64,000 bases of DNA from a virus: the IMG/VR virus record IMGVR_UViG_3300020048_000023, positions 64,001 to 128,000 of that record. The stretch is one strand, 5' to 3'. The position numbers were made by a program, and so were the translations under genes. Each line of letters starts with the position of its first letter. Within the stretch, counting starts at the first letter, position 1. The notes beneath the pieces were generated by a model, which ran no database searches, had not been told where the DNA came from, and saw only the letters and a list, made by a program, of their open reading frames with translations. Below, piece by piece: positions 45,027 to 54,373 of the stretch.

Positions 45027-45058
45027 TTTGGTAGTGTCAAAAAGATTGTTTATATTTA
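45027..45058 (+). promoter_or_regulatory. Bacteroidota promoter (variant)
   Basis: TTTG-N20-TATATTTA. Confidence 0.7.
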
Positions 45059-45077
45059 CAGCCTAAATTGTAATATA

Positions 45078-45203
45078 ATGATAGCAATAATAATTCTTGC
45101 GTGGATTTTATCCGCATTAGCCGCCCCAGCTTGGGTATGGTGCCTATGGACGGTGCTATTGATTTGGAAATTAATTCAGTGGTTTGCCGCGGCAGTCAGC
45201 TAA
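45078..45203 (+). CDS. small hydrophobic membrane peptide (41 aa, not in track)
   Basis: MIAIIILAWILSALAAPAWVWCLW... Confidence 0.55.
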   Translation: MIAIIILAWILSALAAPAWVWCLWTVLLIWKLIQWFAAAVS

Positions 45204-45206
45204 ACT

Positions 45207-45497
45207 ATGGAGCTCCGAAAACAAAAACGCAGGGTAAAGCTATGCGACCTTAAAAAAGGTAAGCTGTTTATGTACAACGATACGTTGTGTATGAAAACTG
45301 AGTACCGTACAGAAGACGCCGCCATTGAAGCGTATATAGTTAATAGCGGGTGTATGTTTTGGGGTGGCACAAACTCACCAAGGGAACAGCGCGGACTGCT
45401 GGTGTACCCAGTTGACGTAATCGACCTACAGGAAGAAATTAATAAGCAAGTTAGAAAAGATTACAAACAATGGAAAAAAGAAAACTTAAATGGATAG
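45207..45497 (+). CDS. hypothetical protein
   Basis: KTEY...YIV-x-SG-x2-FWGG. Confidence 0.75.
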   Translation: MELRKQKRRVKLCDLKKGKLFMYNDTLCMKTEYRTEDAAIEAYIVNSGCMFWGGTNSPREQRGLLVYPVDVIDLQEEINKQVRKDYKQWKKENLNG

Positions 45498-45661
45498 CCG
45501 TCGAGGATTGTCCACTACCACTGGAAGAAGATATCATAGTACAGCACCCATACGGCGTTGAGGCTATTCACTTCTTTGGCGCAACTTGGCGTTACTGGTA
45601 CACAAACGAATTGGTACCAAAAGCTACATTGGACACAATAACTCACTGGTGTAAACCCTAA
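45470..45661 (+). CDS. DUF551-like small protein
   Basis: WIAVED-x-P...ITHW. Confidence 0.6.
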   Translation: MEKRKLKWIAVEDCPLPLEEDIIVQHPYGVEAIHFFGATWRYWYTNELVPKATLDTITHWCKP

Positions 45662-45665
45662 CGTT

Positions 45666-45776
45666 ATGGAAAATCAAGGCAAAACCCCGAAGCAAGTTAA
45701 TGATTCTAACCATAATTATGGTTTAGCCCTAATAATTTTGGCTTTTATAGCCTTATTAATAGCACTATTACAATGA
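45666..45776 (+). CDS. small membrane peptide (36 aa)
   Basis: MENQGKTPKQV + one TM. Confidence 0.55.
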   Translation: MENQGKTPKQVNDSNHNYGLALIILAFIALLIALLQ

Positions 45777-45985
45777 AACAGACACGTGGTGAAGTATTAA
45801 GCGACGACTGCCCGTCAAGAGATTTTGAGATAGGCAAGCCAGATGGAAATTGCTGGGGTGACGGTCACTACCAATGCAAGCAATGCGTGCACTACAGGGC
45901 AGATTTTGCCCTTCACGGTCAAGACTTTATTGATGCGATGCACCAAGCACAGGGCGGTATAACTATTAGAACACTAAGACAATGA
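45773..45985 (+). CDS. hypothetical protein
   Basis: C...CWGDGHYQCKQC. Confidence 0.7.
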   Translation: MKQTRGEVLSDDCPSRDFEIGKPDGNCWGDGHYQCKQCVHYRADFALHGQDFIDAMHQAQGGITIRTLRQ

Positions 45986-46242
45986 CAACACTGCATAAGA
46001 TACTTGATAAATTCTATAACTTTGTTATGGATCAGGGCGATGGTAACCTGCACGAATTCCAGATCGATGATTTTATTGAACAGGAAGGAAAGGAGTTTGA
46101 AGGTGAAACCATAGATACAGAGTTCAAAAGTAAGGGTAATTGGGAATTTGAAAGGAGCTCAGGATATCCTGGATATCGTTGTCAAACCTGTATGAAGTGG
46201 GTGTATAGCCACGAAGTACAAAAATGTAGTTGTGACCTTTAA
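45982..46242 (+). CDS. hypothetical protein
   Basis: C-terminal CxxC...CxC. Confidence 0.7.
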   Translation: MTTLHKILDKFYNFVMDQGDGNLHEFQIDDFIEQEGKEFEGETIDTEFKSKGNWEFERSSGYPGYRCQTCMKWVYSHEVQKCSCDL

Positions 46243-46253
46243 AAATAAGTAAT

Positions 46254-46490
46254 ATGAACGCACAGGAAGCCCGTAATATGGCAAAAGAAAAAAATACAAA
46301 CGCTGCCAATAGCCAATATGCAAGAGCTCAGGAATCTATAACAAAAGCAGCCAAAAGTGGCTTGTATGAATGTTGGCTTTATGAGAGGATGCTGGATGAT
46401 GTTAGGCTTAAACTTACCACAGAGGATTACAAGGTTGGAACTAACCAGTCTGAAAGAAACGAGGATATGGTTCTGATTTCTTGGAAGTAA
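46254..46490 (+). CDS. hypothetical protein
   Basis: A-x-EAR...ISW motif. Confidence 0.75.
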   Translation: MNAQEARNMAKEKNTNAANSQYARAQESITKAAKSGLYECWLYERMLDDVRLKLTTEDYKVGTNQSERNEDMVLISWK

Positions 46491-46496
46491 AAAAGT

Positions 46497-46528
46497 TTTG
46501 GTTATACCGAAAACTTTATGTATATTTG
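46497..46528 (+). promoter_or_regulatory. Bacteroidota promoter
   Basis: TTTG-N20-TATATTTG. Confidence 0.8.
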
Positions 46529-46568
46529 CCGAAAGTTTCACTTATAACACCTAAACAATAGATAGCCA

Positions 46569-46802
46569 ATGGAAATAGCAGTTAGGGGTAAATTATACAC
46601 AAACGTTCAGTCTGGTGTTGACGGAAATGGTTTCACAACCGTTCTTTGTACTTGTACAACCCCCAACACTACTAAGGTATTCTCTGGCGTTGTGGTCGCT
46701 TCAACAAGCGGCGCTCCAATAGGGAAGTATTGCGAATACTGGGCTAAAGAATCGTTTATTTATGAGCCCGAACCAATAACAATTGTAAGCAGAATACTAT
46801 GA
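46569..46802 (+). CDS. hypothetical protein
   Basis: 77-aa ORF. Confidence 0.7.
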   Translation: MEIAVRGKLYTNVQSGVDGNGFTTVLCTCTTPNTTKVFSGVVVASTSGAPIGKYCEYWAKESFIYEPEPITIVSRIL

Positions 46803-47845
46803 AAGGTAAAAGAACCGTAATAGATTGGGGTAAACACGAAGTCACCGTTACCAAACAGGACGGCTTGCTCGTACATCACCTGAAAGACCCCGATACTGTT
46901 ATCAACAATATCAAGTACATAAACACCAACGGTATACTGGCTGTCACTGGCGACTATGGCAACTGGATGTTCTGCCGTGAGTTTCACCCCTCGGCTAATG
47001 GATTTGTGAGCGAAGGCTACTGGAAGGAAAAGCTTCGCAATTTATCAACACAGGAGCCCAACGACTTCGACGAAGACGCCACACGCAAAGAACTGGAAGG
47101 TTATCTTGCCGATACTGACGAGCCACTAAGAGAAATTGAAAAGGACTATATAGAAGGTTGCTTGGATGCTATGGGCGATGGTGAGTTTGATTATTCCCAT
47201 TATGCCTACCGTAATAACGTCGGAAGGTTTATTGATGGTGAATATGTTCCGTTCTGTAAGAAAACCAAATACTGGTTGGACGCCGTGTTCGATGGGTTCG
47301 ACGAAATATGTCGCAGAATGAAGGAAGAAGCCGAGAAGCCCGAACAGTTTACCCTGTTTTATGACGGCGTATTCTCAAACTGGTACATAGCACCCTTTAA
47401 AGACGCCGAAAAATTGGATGAAAAAGCAAATGTGTTCAATTGTGTTGAACAATATATGATGTATAACAAGGCTTTAGTGTTCTGTGACTTTGAAACTGCA
47501 AGTAAAATAATGCAGACTTCCAGCCCACGCAGACAAAAGGAACTTGGCAGGGAAGTTAAAGGCTTTGATAAGGAAACGTGGGACAAAATTAGCCAAGGTG
47601 TTGTATACGCAGGAAACTATTTCAAATTCAGTCAAAACCCAGACCTGAAAGAAAAGCTTATGGCTACTAAGGGTACAACTCTTGTGGAATGTAGCTTGGA
47701 TGATAAATTTTGGGGTATTGGCTTTTATGAACACTCCCCTGAGTGCCGCGACCGTAGCAAATGGCTCGGCACAAACTGGTTGGGCGAAACGCTCACCCAG
47801 CTTAGAAAAGATTTCGAAAACAACACAACCCTAATCAATACTTAA
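46799..47845 (+). CDS. NADAR (YbiA/DUF1768) domain protein with N-terminal unknown domain
   Basis: FSNWY, EQYMM-x2-KA-x2-F-x-D, QKELGREV-x2-FD, KFSQN, LVE-x-S-x2-D-x2-WGIG, GTNWLG. Confidence 0.9.
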   Translation: MKGKRTVIDWGKHEVTVTKQDGLLVHHLKDPDTVINNIKYINTNGILAVTGDYGNWMFCREFHPSANGFVSEGYWKEKLRNLSTQEPNDFDEDATRKELEGYLADTDEPLREIEKDYIEGCLDAMGDGEFDYSHYAYRNNVGRFIDGEYVPFCKKTKYWLDAVFDGFDEICRRMKEEAEKPEQFTLFYDGVFSNWYIAPFKDAEKLDEKANVFNCVEQYMMYNKALVFCDFETASKIMQTSSPRRQKELGREVKGFDKETWDKISQGVVYAGNYFKFSQNPDLKEKLMATKGTTLVECSLDDKFWGIGFYEHSPECRDRSKWLGTNWLGETLTQLRKDFENNTTLINT

Positions 47846-47849
47846 ACCA

Positions 47850-48359
47850 ATGAAAAAACTCTATCTGTTTACCATTCTGGCGGCTCTAATCGTAGGTTTT
47901 TATCTGACGAGCTGCAACACCAAGCGCGAATACTCTAACACCCTGCACGAAAAGGTGGTAGTAGTAACTCTTATCTATAGCCCATCACAGCACAACACTG
48001 AGGTCACCGAAACGCTTATGGACGACTATAACAACCCGTTCAAAGGTACCGATATCAACGGAAACAAAGGCGTTAAGTTGGGTAAGATTAATGGTCGTGA
48101 CGCCCAGCTAACAACCACAACAATACCAGAGCGGTACGGCGTGGTATTTCAGTGCCAGCACGGAACATTTACAATAGAAGGTACGGAACAGAAGCACCAA
48201 ATACTCTACCAGAAAATGTATAACAGCGTTCGCGATACCGTTGACGTATTGTACAGGGAACTGTACAACGTAACCTACGATAAGGACGATAAGACAAAGG
48301 TAATCAAAAAGGAACTGGTTGATTTGGATTTCCTCGACGCTCAAATAATACCGAAGTAA
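47850..48359 (+). CDS. putative lipoprotein
   Basis: LTSC lipobox. Confidence 0.7.
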   Translation: MKKLYLFTILAALIVGFYLTSCNTKREYSNTLHEKVVVVTLIYSPSQHNTEVTETLMDDYNNPFKGTDINGNKGVKLGKINGRDAQLTTTTIPERYGVVFQCQHGTFTIEGTEQKHQILYQKMYNSVRDTVDVLYRELYNVTYDKDDKTKVIKKELVDLDFLDAQIIPK

Positions 48360-48360
48360 A

Positions 48361-48573
48361 ATGATTACCTTTATGAACCCAAACGATATACCTTGGCTAC
48401 CTGTGTTTGTAGTAGGCGCGATTGTAGTACTATTTGTCTGGATAGTGTCACTAACCAGTACAAATTATGAAACCGAACAAAAACACATACCCAAAGATAC
48501 GGTGTACACCCACGCAAAGGTTGTAACCGTAGAGAATAACGACACCCTATACATAATAACCTTAGATAAATAA
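48361..48573 (+). CDS. small membrane protein
   Basis: One TM. Confidence 0.65.
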   Translation: MITFMNPNDIPWLPVFVVGAIVVLFVWIVSLTSTNYETEQKHIPKDTVYTHAKVVTVENNDTLYIITLDK

Positions 48574-48604
48574 TTCTATCATAAATCATAAATAACTTTA
48601 CAAA

Positions 48605-49249
48605 ATGGATTACTCAACCCAACGTAACAAAGTGGAAGCATTCCACAAAGCAGTAAAAAGGTTTTTACCGCTCACCATTAACGCATACGGCGTAAACTAC
48701 CGTCTTAACGCACTCAAAGCGTTACACGGCGACTATTCTCTGGTCTACTATTCCTATAATGGAAAACAGGAAAATAGGGATAATAAACTGTTCGAGAGAA
48801 CCTACCACTACGACAGAAGCGTGGAACAGGTTATCCAAGCATACCTGAAAGAAATTAACACGATACCATTTACCGTTGTAGAAGGTGTTTGTGAGCCTTT
48901 CACCGTTAACCAAGCACCAATGATGCGGGTAGGTAAGAGTATGAAGCCTAAAGATATTAAAATCGCCGAGCTTCAGATCATCTGCACCGAGTTGAAAAAC
49001 ACGACAGAAACCCTGTTCAATACCAAAGCGCAACTTTTGGCTGAGGTTTCCCTGCTTAAAGTTGAAAATGCCAAGCTTAAATCAAGTTATGGCGTGAGCC
49101 TGCCTGAGTATAACCGTTTAAAGTTAATTAATTCGGAATTACAGTCGGCAAATGCTAAACTGAGTAACGAAGTGTTACAACGTGACGGCACGATCAGAGA
49201 AATAAACCGTAAACTGGCAAACGTCCGTAATACACTAAACCAAATATAA
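48605..49249 (+). CDS. hypothetical protein, C-terminal coiled coil
   Basis: 214-aa ORF. Confidence 0.75.
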   Translation: MDYSTQRNKVEAFHKAVKRFLPLTINAYGVNYRLNALKALHGDYSLVYYSYNGKQENRDNKLFERTYHYDRSVEQVIQAYLKEINTIPFTVVEGVCEPFTVNQAPMMRVGKSMKPKDIKIAELQIICTELKNTTETLFNTKAQLLAEVSLLKVENAKLKSSYGVSLPEYNRLKLINSELQSANAKLSNEVLQRDGTIREINRKLANVRNTLNQI

Positions 49250-49268
49250 ACCAAACACCTAATCAATT

Positions 49269-49865
49269 ATGGAATCATTCTTCACATCAATGCTCCTATT
49301 CGGGGGCGCAATTTTCTGGACTTGGGCTGTGCTTATAGCCTTTGTTATAATCTGTCTTGTCGCCGACCTCGCTAAGAACGGGTTCTGGGCTACTTTCGCA
49401 CTGGTATTACTTGGTCTTACTTATTATTTCTTTGGTGTGAACCACGGGTACGACATACTGGCACACATTACGGCGGCTCCTATTGTCGGGTATTTGTTAA
49501 TAGGTCTTGTATATGCCGTCATACGAACATACGTTGAAGGGGCAAAGCTCGGCAAACGTCTGATTAAAGCACCTACAAACGAAGAGTATTTGGCTAAAAA
49601 GGGCACCAATGCCTACATAAACGAATCCGACACCCGCGAATATAAAATCAAACGTTTTAAAGAGGAACTTAAAGGTAATATTTCCAGATGGTGGTTGCTA
49701 TGGTGGATTTCGGCTATTACGTGGCTCATTGGCGACCTGCTTGAAGACCTTTGGGACGTCGTGTATAACTGGATGAAGAATTTCTTCAACTACGTACTTG
49801 AACTTGGTATCCAAACCACCTTGGGTAAATTTGCTTCAACCAAGCCCGAAGATAATGACGACTAA
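49269..49865 (+). CDS. multi-pass membrane protein
   Basis: 3-4 TM segments. Confidence 0.8.
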   Translation: MESFFTSMLLFGGAIFWTWAVLIAFVIICLVADLAKNGFWATFALVLLGLTYYFFGVNHGYDILAHITAAPIVGYLLIGLVYAVIRTYVEGAKLGKRLIKAPTNEEYLAKKGTNAYINESDTREYKIKRFKEELKGNISRWWLLWWISAITWLIGDLLEDLWDVVYNWMKNFFNYVLELGIQTTLGKFASTKPEDNDD

Positions 49866-50076
49866 CAAATTAATACCTGATGCTGGCTTCAATGTGGTTG
49901 TGGTTATATCTGACTACGACTGCATTGACACCAGACCAGACTCGCATAAACCCATTGATCATAGCGGAACGCTACAAGGTGCCATAGAACGCATTAAACA
50001 CGGTAATAGGTTCGCCGATTACTACATCATTGACGCCTCTGGGAAAAAATATAACCGAGAAGGTGTCGCATATTGA
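49855..50076 (+). CDS. hypothetical protein
   Basis: ATG 49855. Confidence 0.65.
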   Translation: MTTNKLIPDAGFNVVVVISDYDCIDTRPDSHKPIDHSGTLQGAIERIKHGNRFADYYIIDASGKKYNREGVAY

Positions 50077-50083
50077 AAATAAA

Positions 50084-50115
50084 TTTGGTAGTGTCAAAAA
50101 CATTGTGTATATTTG
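50084..50115 (+). promoter_or_regulatory. Bacteroidota promoter
   Basis: TTTG-N20-TATATTTG. Confidence 0.85.
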
Positions 50116-50137
50116 CACTATAATTAACCACTAAGAT

Positions 50138-50407
50138 ATGGCAGGATATTTCGAATACGACGGTAAGCAAAAGGGTTACAAACCTTTTCAGGTAAACAAA
50201 GAAAGCATAAAGGCTAACATTGGAAAGCGAATTGTTTACCTAACCAAACATGACGTTGACCCGTACCGCGGCTATTTCTTTCCACGCTACGGCGTAATAA
50301 GCGGTATGAGATATTCCACTGTATACATGAATGATAACGAAAAAGAATTCGATAAACGCGACCTAGTTGAATGCGCAATTGAAATTGATGAAACTGATAC
50401 CCACTAA
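50138..50407 (+). CDS. hypothetical protein
   Basis: 89-aa ORF. Confidence 0.75.
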   Translation: MAGYFEYDGKQKGYKPFQVNKESIKANIGKRIVYLTKHDVDPYRGYFFPRYGVISGMRYSTVYMNDNEKEFDKRDLVECAIEIDETDTH

Positions 50408-50477
50408 GACCGCTTGTCCGCTTGTAAGACTCCCACTATGTATGCTGCCGCTAACTTGTATGACATTACTTCCATAA
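50388..50477 (+). CDS. candidate leader peptide (29 aa, Leu/Pro/Cys-rich)
   Basis: MKLIPTKTACPLVRLPLCMLPLTCMTLLP; ends 22 nt before a strong hairpin. Confidence 0.4.
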   Translation: MKLIPTKTACPLVRLPLCMLPLTCMTLLP

Positions 50478-50499
50478 CTCGTCTACTCGGTATTAATTC

Positions 50500-50548
50500 A
50501 GTCGGAAGGGTATCGTAATTTTTACTACCCTTCCGACTTTACTCTTTT
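50500..50548 (+). terminator. terminator/attenuator hairpin upstream of sigma gene
   Basis: 13-bp AGTCGGAAGGGTA/TACCCTTCCGACT followed by TTACTCTTTT. Confidence 0.7.
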
Positions 50549-50553
50549 ATGTA

Positions 50554-51639
50554 ATGACCAGACTTAAAAACAGAACCAAAGAAGAAGTTATTCAGGACGT
50601 CACTGGCTTCCTGAATGAGCTATTTGTTAAGTTCAATAACCAAAAGTCTGTTCCTTACACCCAGATACAAATTGAATCATTAGCCGAACAACACCATATT
50701 GAGGGTAGGCTTCGACGAATACTTATCAAGCACGAATTTGTGCTGGATAAACGCAGATACACCAGAAAGTTTACCGAAAACCCAACCGTTGAAGATATTG
50801 ATTTTTACATTAAAGAAGCCAAAGAACTCAGAAGCGTTGAGGGTAAAAGATATTTAGCTAAGCTAACCGACGAAGAGCGCAAAAGGTTCTTTAAAAAGAG
50901 AAACAGGCGCCGCAAACGCGCACTAACCAAAGAGCAAAAACATATTATCAGCGTTGAAGCCTACCAAAAACGGGTATCACAATGGACTACACAGGAAGAA
51001 AAGGACGCATTCTATAAGAATCAATACGACGCGGCTGTTCAACGCAGGCTTCGGTATAAATTATTGGAACGTGAGATAGCCGACGCACTACCAAAGCTAA
51101 TCAACTTCTGCAAGAGGCTAACCCACGACTATGAAGACTTGGTACAGGACGCATGCTTCGCTGCTTGGACTGTAAAACGTAGGTACAAAACAGGTACAAA
51201 CATATCCGCTTGGCTCATAGGAATTGCCGTGAATATTAAGGCTAATAAACAGAAGGCTGCTGCGTTGCACCCAGAGGTTCTGGTTGACGAATTTCATGAA
51301 GATGTACTTGGCGTAGAAGAGCCGTCCGAAGAATCTATCAAGGAACAAATGGAAAAGGATTTGGCTCAGGCTCACTTAGCACAGGATATCACAGCCAAGA
51401 TCAAAGAGTGCTTGGAATCATTACCAGAGAGCTATAAGGTTTACATTAAACTGGACGCCAAAGGTAATTCACACTCCCAGATAGCTACCATACTTAAAAG
51501 GGAAGCAACATATTCAAAAACGAGGCTGTACCAAGCCAGACAACTATTACTCGCCAAAATACAGGATAAGCTTAACGTTAAGCTGTCGGAAAAACAGGCG
51601 TGGGAGTTAATGCATAATAATCTAATACCCATAGACTAA
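50554..51639 (+). CDS. ECF-type sigma-70 factor with long basic N-terminal extension
   Basis: Region 2: EDLVQDACFAAW...F/Y...AWLIGIAVN; region 4: LESLPESYK...SHSQIATIL...KTRLYQARQLL. Confidence 0.85.
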   Translation: MTRLKNRTKEEVIQDVTGFLNELFVKFNNQKSVPYTQIQIESLAEQHHIEGRLRRILIKHEFVLDKRRYTRKFTENPTVEDIDFYIKEAKELRSVEGKRYLAKLTDEERKRFFKKRNRRRKRALTKEQKHIISVEAYQKRVSQWTTQEEKDAFYKNQYDAAVQRRLRYKLLEREIADALPKLINFCKRLTHDYEDLVQDACFAAWTVKRRYKTGTNISAWLIGIAVNIKANKQKAAALHPEVLVDEFHEDVLGVEEPSEESIKEQMEKDLAQAHLAQDITAKIKECLESLPESYKVYIKLDAKGNSHSQIATILKREATYSKTRLYQARQLLLAKIQDKLNVKLSEKQAWELMHNNLIPID

Positions 51640-52151
51640 TGTATAAAATTTGGAACCCAAAAGAATACTACCCAGAACGCCGCCCATTGGGTAGCTGGAA
51701 TAATCCCTACGACGAAGACCCAGAAAAAAATAGCTATAATGCTCCACATTATTTGAAACCAGAAAATGTTGGTCAAAATTATATAGCACTCTATTTGGGG
51801 TTTACTAAGCGGTTTGTTACACAGGATATATATACTTCTGAAAAATATGCTAAAGAGCACCCAGAGTGTAATAGAAAGCACCGCGACATTTATTATTGCA
51901 TAGACTTCATCTATAAGAAATCGCACGAAACATTCGGCTGGAACAAATGGCACAATCATTTTGACTCAATGGCGCCAATACTTCGCAAACTACGTGCCGA
52001 AGGTCACCTTGATATAGAACTGATCAACGCGTGGATAACGCTTGACGAAGAGGTTTTATACGCCGCACTCATTAACAAGCTTAAACAAATAATGCCAGAG
52101 CCTGATCTATCACTGGATTGGCGCAAAGGAACCAAATACGAAGGAAAATGA
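51639..52151 (+). CDS. hypothetical protein
   Basis: 170-aa ORF. Confidence 0.75.
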   Translation: MYKIWNPKEYYPERRPLGSWNNPYDEDPEKNSYNAPHYLKPENVGQNYIALYLGFTKRFVTQDIYTSEKYAKEHPECNRKHRDIYYCIDFIYKKSHETFGWNKWHNHFDSMAPILRKLRAEGHLDIELINAWITLDEEVLYAALINKLKQIMPEPDLSLDWRKGTKYEGK

Positions 52152-52324
52152 AAGCTTATCTAATAGAATTTCAGTACGATCACTACTGCCAAGGATGGGA
52201 TCGCGGAGTATGGGGCACAGCCCTTGTATATGCATTGTCGTATCAAGATGCCTGCGACGTAATCAAAAATGACGACGACTTCGAAAAAGCCCGCAATTTT
52301 AAAAACAGAACTTATTTCCAGTAG
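52148..52324 (+). CDS. small hypothetical protein
   Basis: ATGA overlap. Confidence 0.65.
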   Translation: MKAYLIEFQYDHYCQGWDRGVWGTALVYALSYQDACDVIKNDDDFEKARNFKNRTYFQ

Positions 52325-52325
52325 T

Positions 52326-52832
52326 ATGAACCTTGACAAGCTAACCGATCTGAGAAACGACCGATTCAAATTGATAACCCAACTTCGCCCTATACTTGAC
52401 ATTGAGTCAACAAAACTATTCAGGGATTTTCTAAGGCTCAACAGGCAGATAGAAAACGAAATGGCTAATTCGGACAGCCCGACGCCGTTTAATATTCGCA
52501 AGTTCATTGCCGATAATTTCAGTAAGAACGGTAGTGGGTATCACGAAAACGTGCCGTTTAAGCTGAAGCTTCGCGGAGCTGAGTTTATACACGTTGATAC
52601 AATTTGGAATGAAAGTGGTATAACACGTTTCCAAGGCTGCATTGTTGGTAGCTACGGCACGCCAATCACCCCAGAAGCTTTCATATACCCGCTTATACGC
52701 CGCGCTGAGATACTTACGATCTACAACGGCACTCACCCCTGCTGGACTATCTGGTTCAAAGAGCCTGTTACACAGGAAATACTGGATAAATTGACCAAAC
52801 AATTCTTGGAAGAAAATAAAGTTGTAAAATAG
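52326..52832 (+). CDS. hypothetical protein
   Basis: ATG 52326. Confidence 0.75.
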   Translation: MNLDKLTDLRNDRFKLITQLRPILDIESTKLFRDFLRLNRQIENEMANSDSPTPFNIRKFIADNFSKNGSGYHENVPFKLKLRGAEFIHVDTIWNESGITRFQGCIVGSYGTPITPEAFIYPLIRRAEILTIYNGTHPCWTIWFKEPVTQEILDKLTKQFLEENKVVK

Positions 52833-52864
52833 TTTGGTAGTGTCGGAAACAAGTTGTATATTTG
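52833..52864 (+). promoter_or_regulatory. Bacteroidota promoter
   Basis: TTTG-N20-TATATTTG. Confidence 0.85.
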
Positions 52865-52990
52865 CAGCTCAAATAGCGCAAAAGATATGGAATGACTATC
52901 TTGCGACCCCTACCAACGAAGGTAGGCAGATGCAATTCAGCTACCAGAACCTTAAAGACGACATAACAAACATTTTAAACCCAGATACCA

Positions 52991-53449
52991 ATGAACACAA
53001 CAAAACCGAGAAAACCGTTCGAAGAAATGAACGCCACCGAAAGAGTTGAGTTTGCACACGATGTTGTAGCAGCATTTAAGAAGGATATTGACTCGGGTTC
53101 CGTGGTTCCAGAATCATTGCCCGATACTTTAATACTTTTCCCAGCGAAGGTTCATAAGATTGTTGCTCCCGACAACGAAAGAGAAAGCTCCGTTCACGGA
53201 TATTTCCTCAGCTCAACCGAAGCGTATAAGTTTGCAAAGAATTGCGGGTGGTATAGTTCTCCAGGTCAGGTAACAACCCCAGAAGGTATGTTCACAGATG
53301 GTGTTAATTACTACCACGTCGAAAAACTCAAACTTAAAGACATTGAGGATTTAAAAGCACGGGCAAAGCAAATGCGCATTGACCAAATAAAAGCCAAGCT
53401 GACGCCCGAAGAAATCGAACTGCTCGGCTTATCACAGCCACAAATGTAA
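52991..53449 (+). CDS. hypothetical protein
   Basis: C-terminal AKLTPEEIELLGL motif common in phages. Confidence 0.8.
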   Translation: MNTTKPRKPFEEMNATERVEFAHDVVAAFKKDIDSGSVVPESLPDTLILFPAKVHKIVAPDNERESSVHGYFLSSTEAYKFAKNCGWYSSPGQVTTPEGMFTDGVNYYHVEKLKLKDIEDLKARAKQMRIDQIKAKLTPEEIELLGLSQPQM

Positions 53450-53453
53450 AGCT

Positions 53454-53762
53454 ATGGACGAAATCCTACTTAAAACACACCTTGACGGGGATTATATGAG
53501 CCCGCTGAACCTTATTGACGAGGTTAGCGTAGCCTTGGCTCCATATGGGTTTAAAATAGAAACTGACGGGCAGCCACACGACGGTTACGAAGTGGTAATA
53601 CTCACCAAACTGGCTGAGAAAACCTTAACCCCTACGGTTAAACTTGGACAACCGTTCGAGTGTGAAGGTCGCCTGTATATGATCGCAGAGAATACCAATG
53701 CGTCTGACACGGCGGAACTGGACGGAAACAGAAATCTTTTTCAACTAAAATTAATCGAATAA
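53454..53762 (+). CDS. hypothetical protein
   Basis: 102-aa ORF. Confidence 0.7.
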   Translation: MDEILLKTHLDGDYMSPLNLIDEVSVALAPYGFKIETDGQPHDGYEVVILTKLAEKTLTPTVKLGQPFECEGRLYMIAENTNASDTAELDGNRNLFQLKLIE

Positions 53763-53786
53763 TAATGTTAGCAGGAATTTATTTTT

Positions 53787-53990
53787 ATGAAGAAGAAAAA
53801 TACAACGACAGACGCGGCAAGTAATATGCCGTTCAAAGTACGCATACTTGTGGGTCATAACGGTATACCAGAGGGTTCGGTAGTACGTGTAGAGAAAGAG
53901 TTAAAGTACTCATACAAAGGTATTTGGGCGAGTATGATGGGTAGCTACCCAGTTAAGGTATTAAAAAAATACTGCGAAATCAAAAAATAA
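53787..53990 (+). CDS. hypothetical protein
   Basis: 67-aa ORF. Confidence 0.65.
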   Translation: MKKKNTTTDAASNMPFKVRILVGHNGIPEGSVVRVEKELKYSYKGIWASMMGSYPVKVLKKYCEIKK

Positions 53991-54022
53991 TTTGGTATTC
54001 TCAATTCTTTGTTGTACATTTG
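53991..54022 (+). promoter_or_regulatory. Bacteroidota promoter
   Basis: TTTG-N20-TACATTTG. Confidence 0.8.
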
Positions 54023-54029
54023 CGGCATA

Positions 54030-54362
54030 ATGAAAGAAACAATGGAACTAACTGACGTAAAAATATTATTCTGGCACGACGAGGTTACCGTATTTACCTG
54101 CGCCGCACACTATAATAACCCGCCTGATATATATTTCTTCTGCCTGCTCAATGATGGCGGAGATTACATAGGCGTAAAAATGCCTAACGAAATATTCAAA
54201 ATTTTACGTTCAAATAAAACTGATATGCGAAATGTATTTGCCAACATTGAAAACCAAAAGTATATTGGTAGGTTCAGCAGTGGCGAATATGTTATTGCTT
54301 ACCCGTTTACAGGCGAAATGACAGAAGAAATGCTGCCAGCCGAAGGATTTTACATACCATAA
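54030..54362 (+). CDS. hypothetical protein (DUF6575-like)
   Basis: IL-x2-HD...D-x-R-x2-F...LP-x-EGFY. Confidence 0.55.
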   Translation: MKETMELTDVKILFWHDEVTVFTCAAHYNNPPDIYFFCLLNDGGDYIGVKMPNEIFKILRSNKTDMRNVFANIENQKYIGRFSSGEYVIAYPFTGEMTEEMLPAEGFYIP

Positions 54363-54373
54363 TTCATAAACAT

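Noticed and set aside
52834-53049. ORF-track proteins starting MVVSETSCIFA / MVVTNISCIFA / MYF..CIFA (also 59013, 4048, 43486, 54009)
   Set aside because: The shared peptide is just the translation of the promoter repeat; true starts lie downstream or the ORF is spurious.
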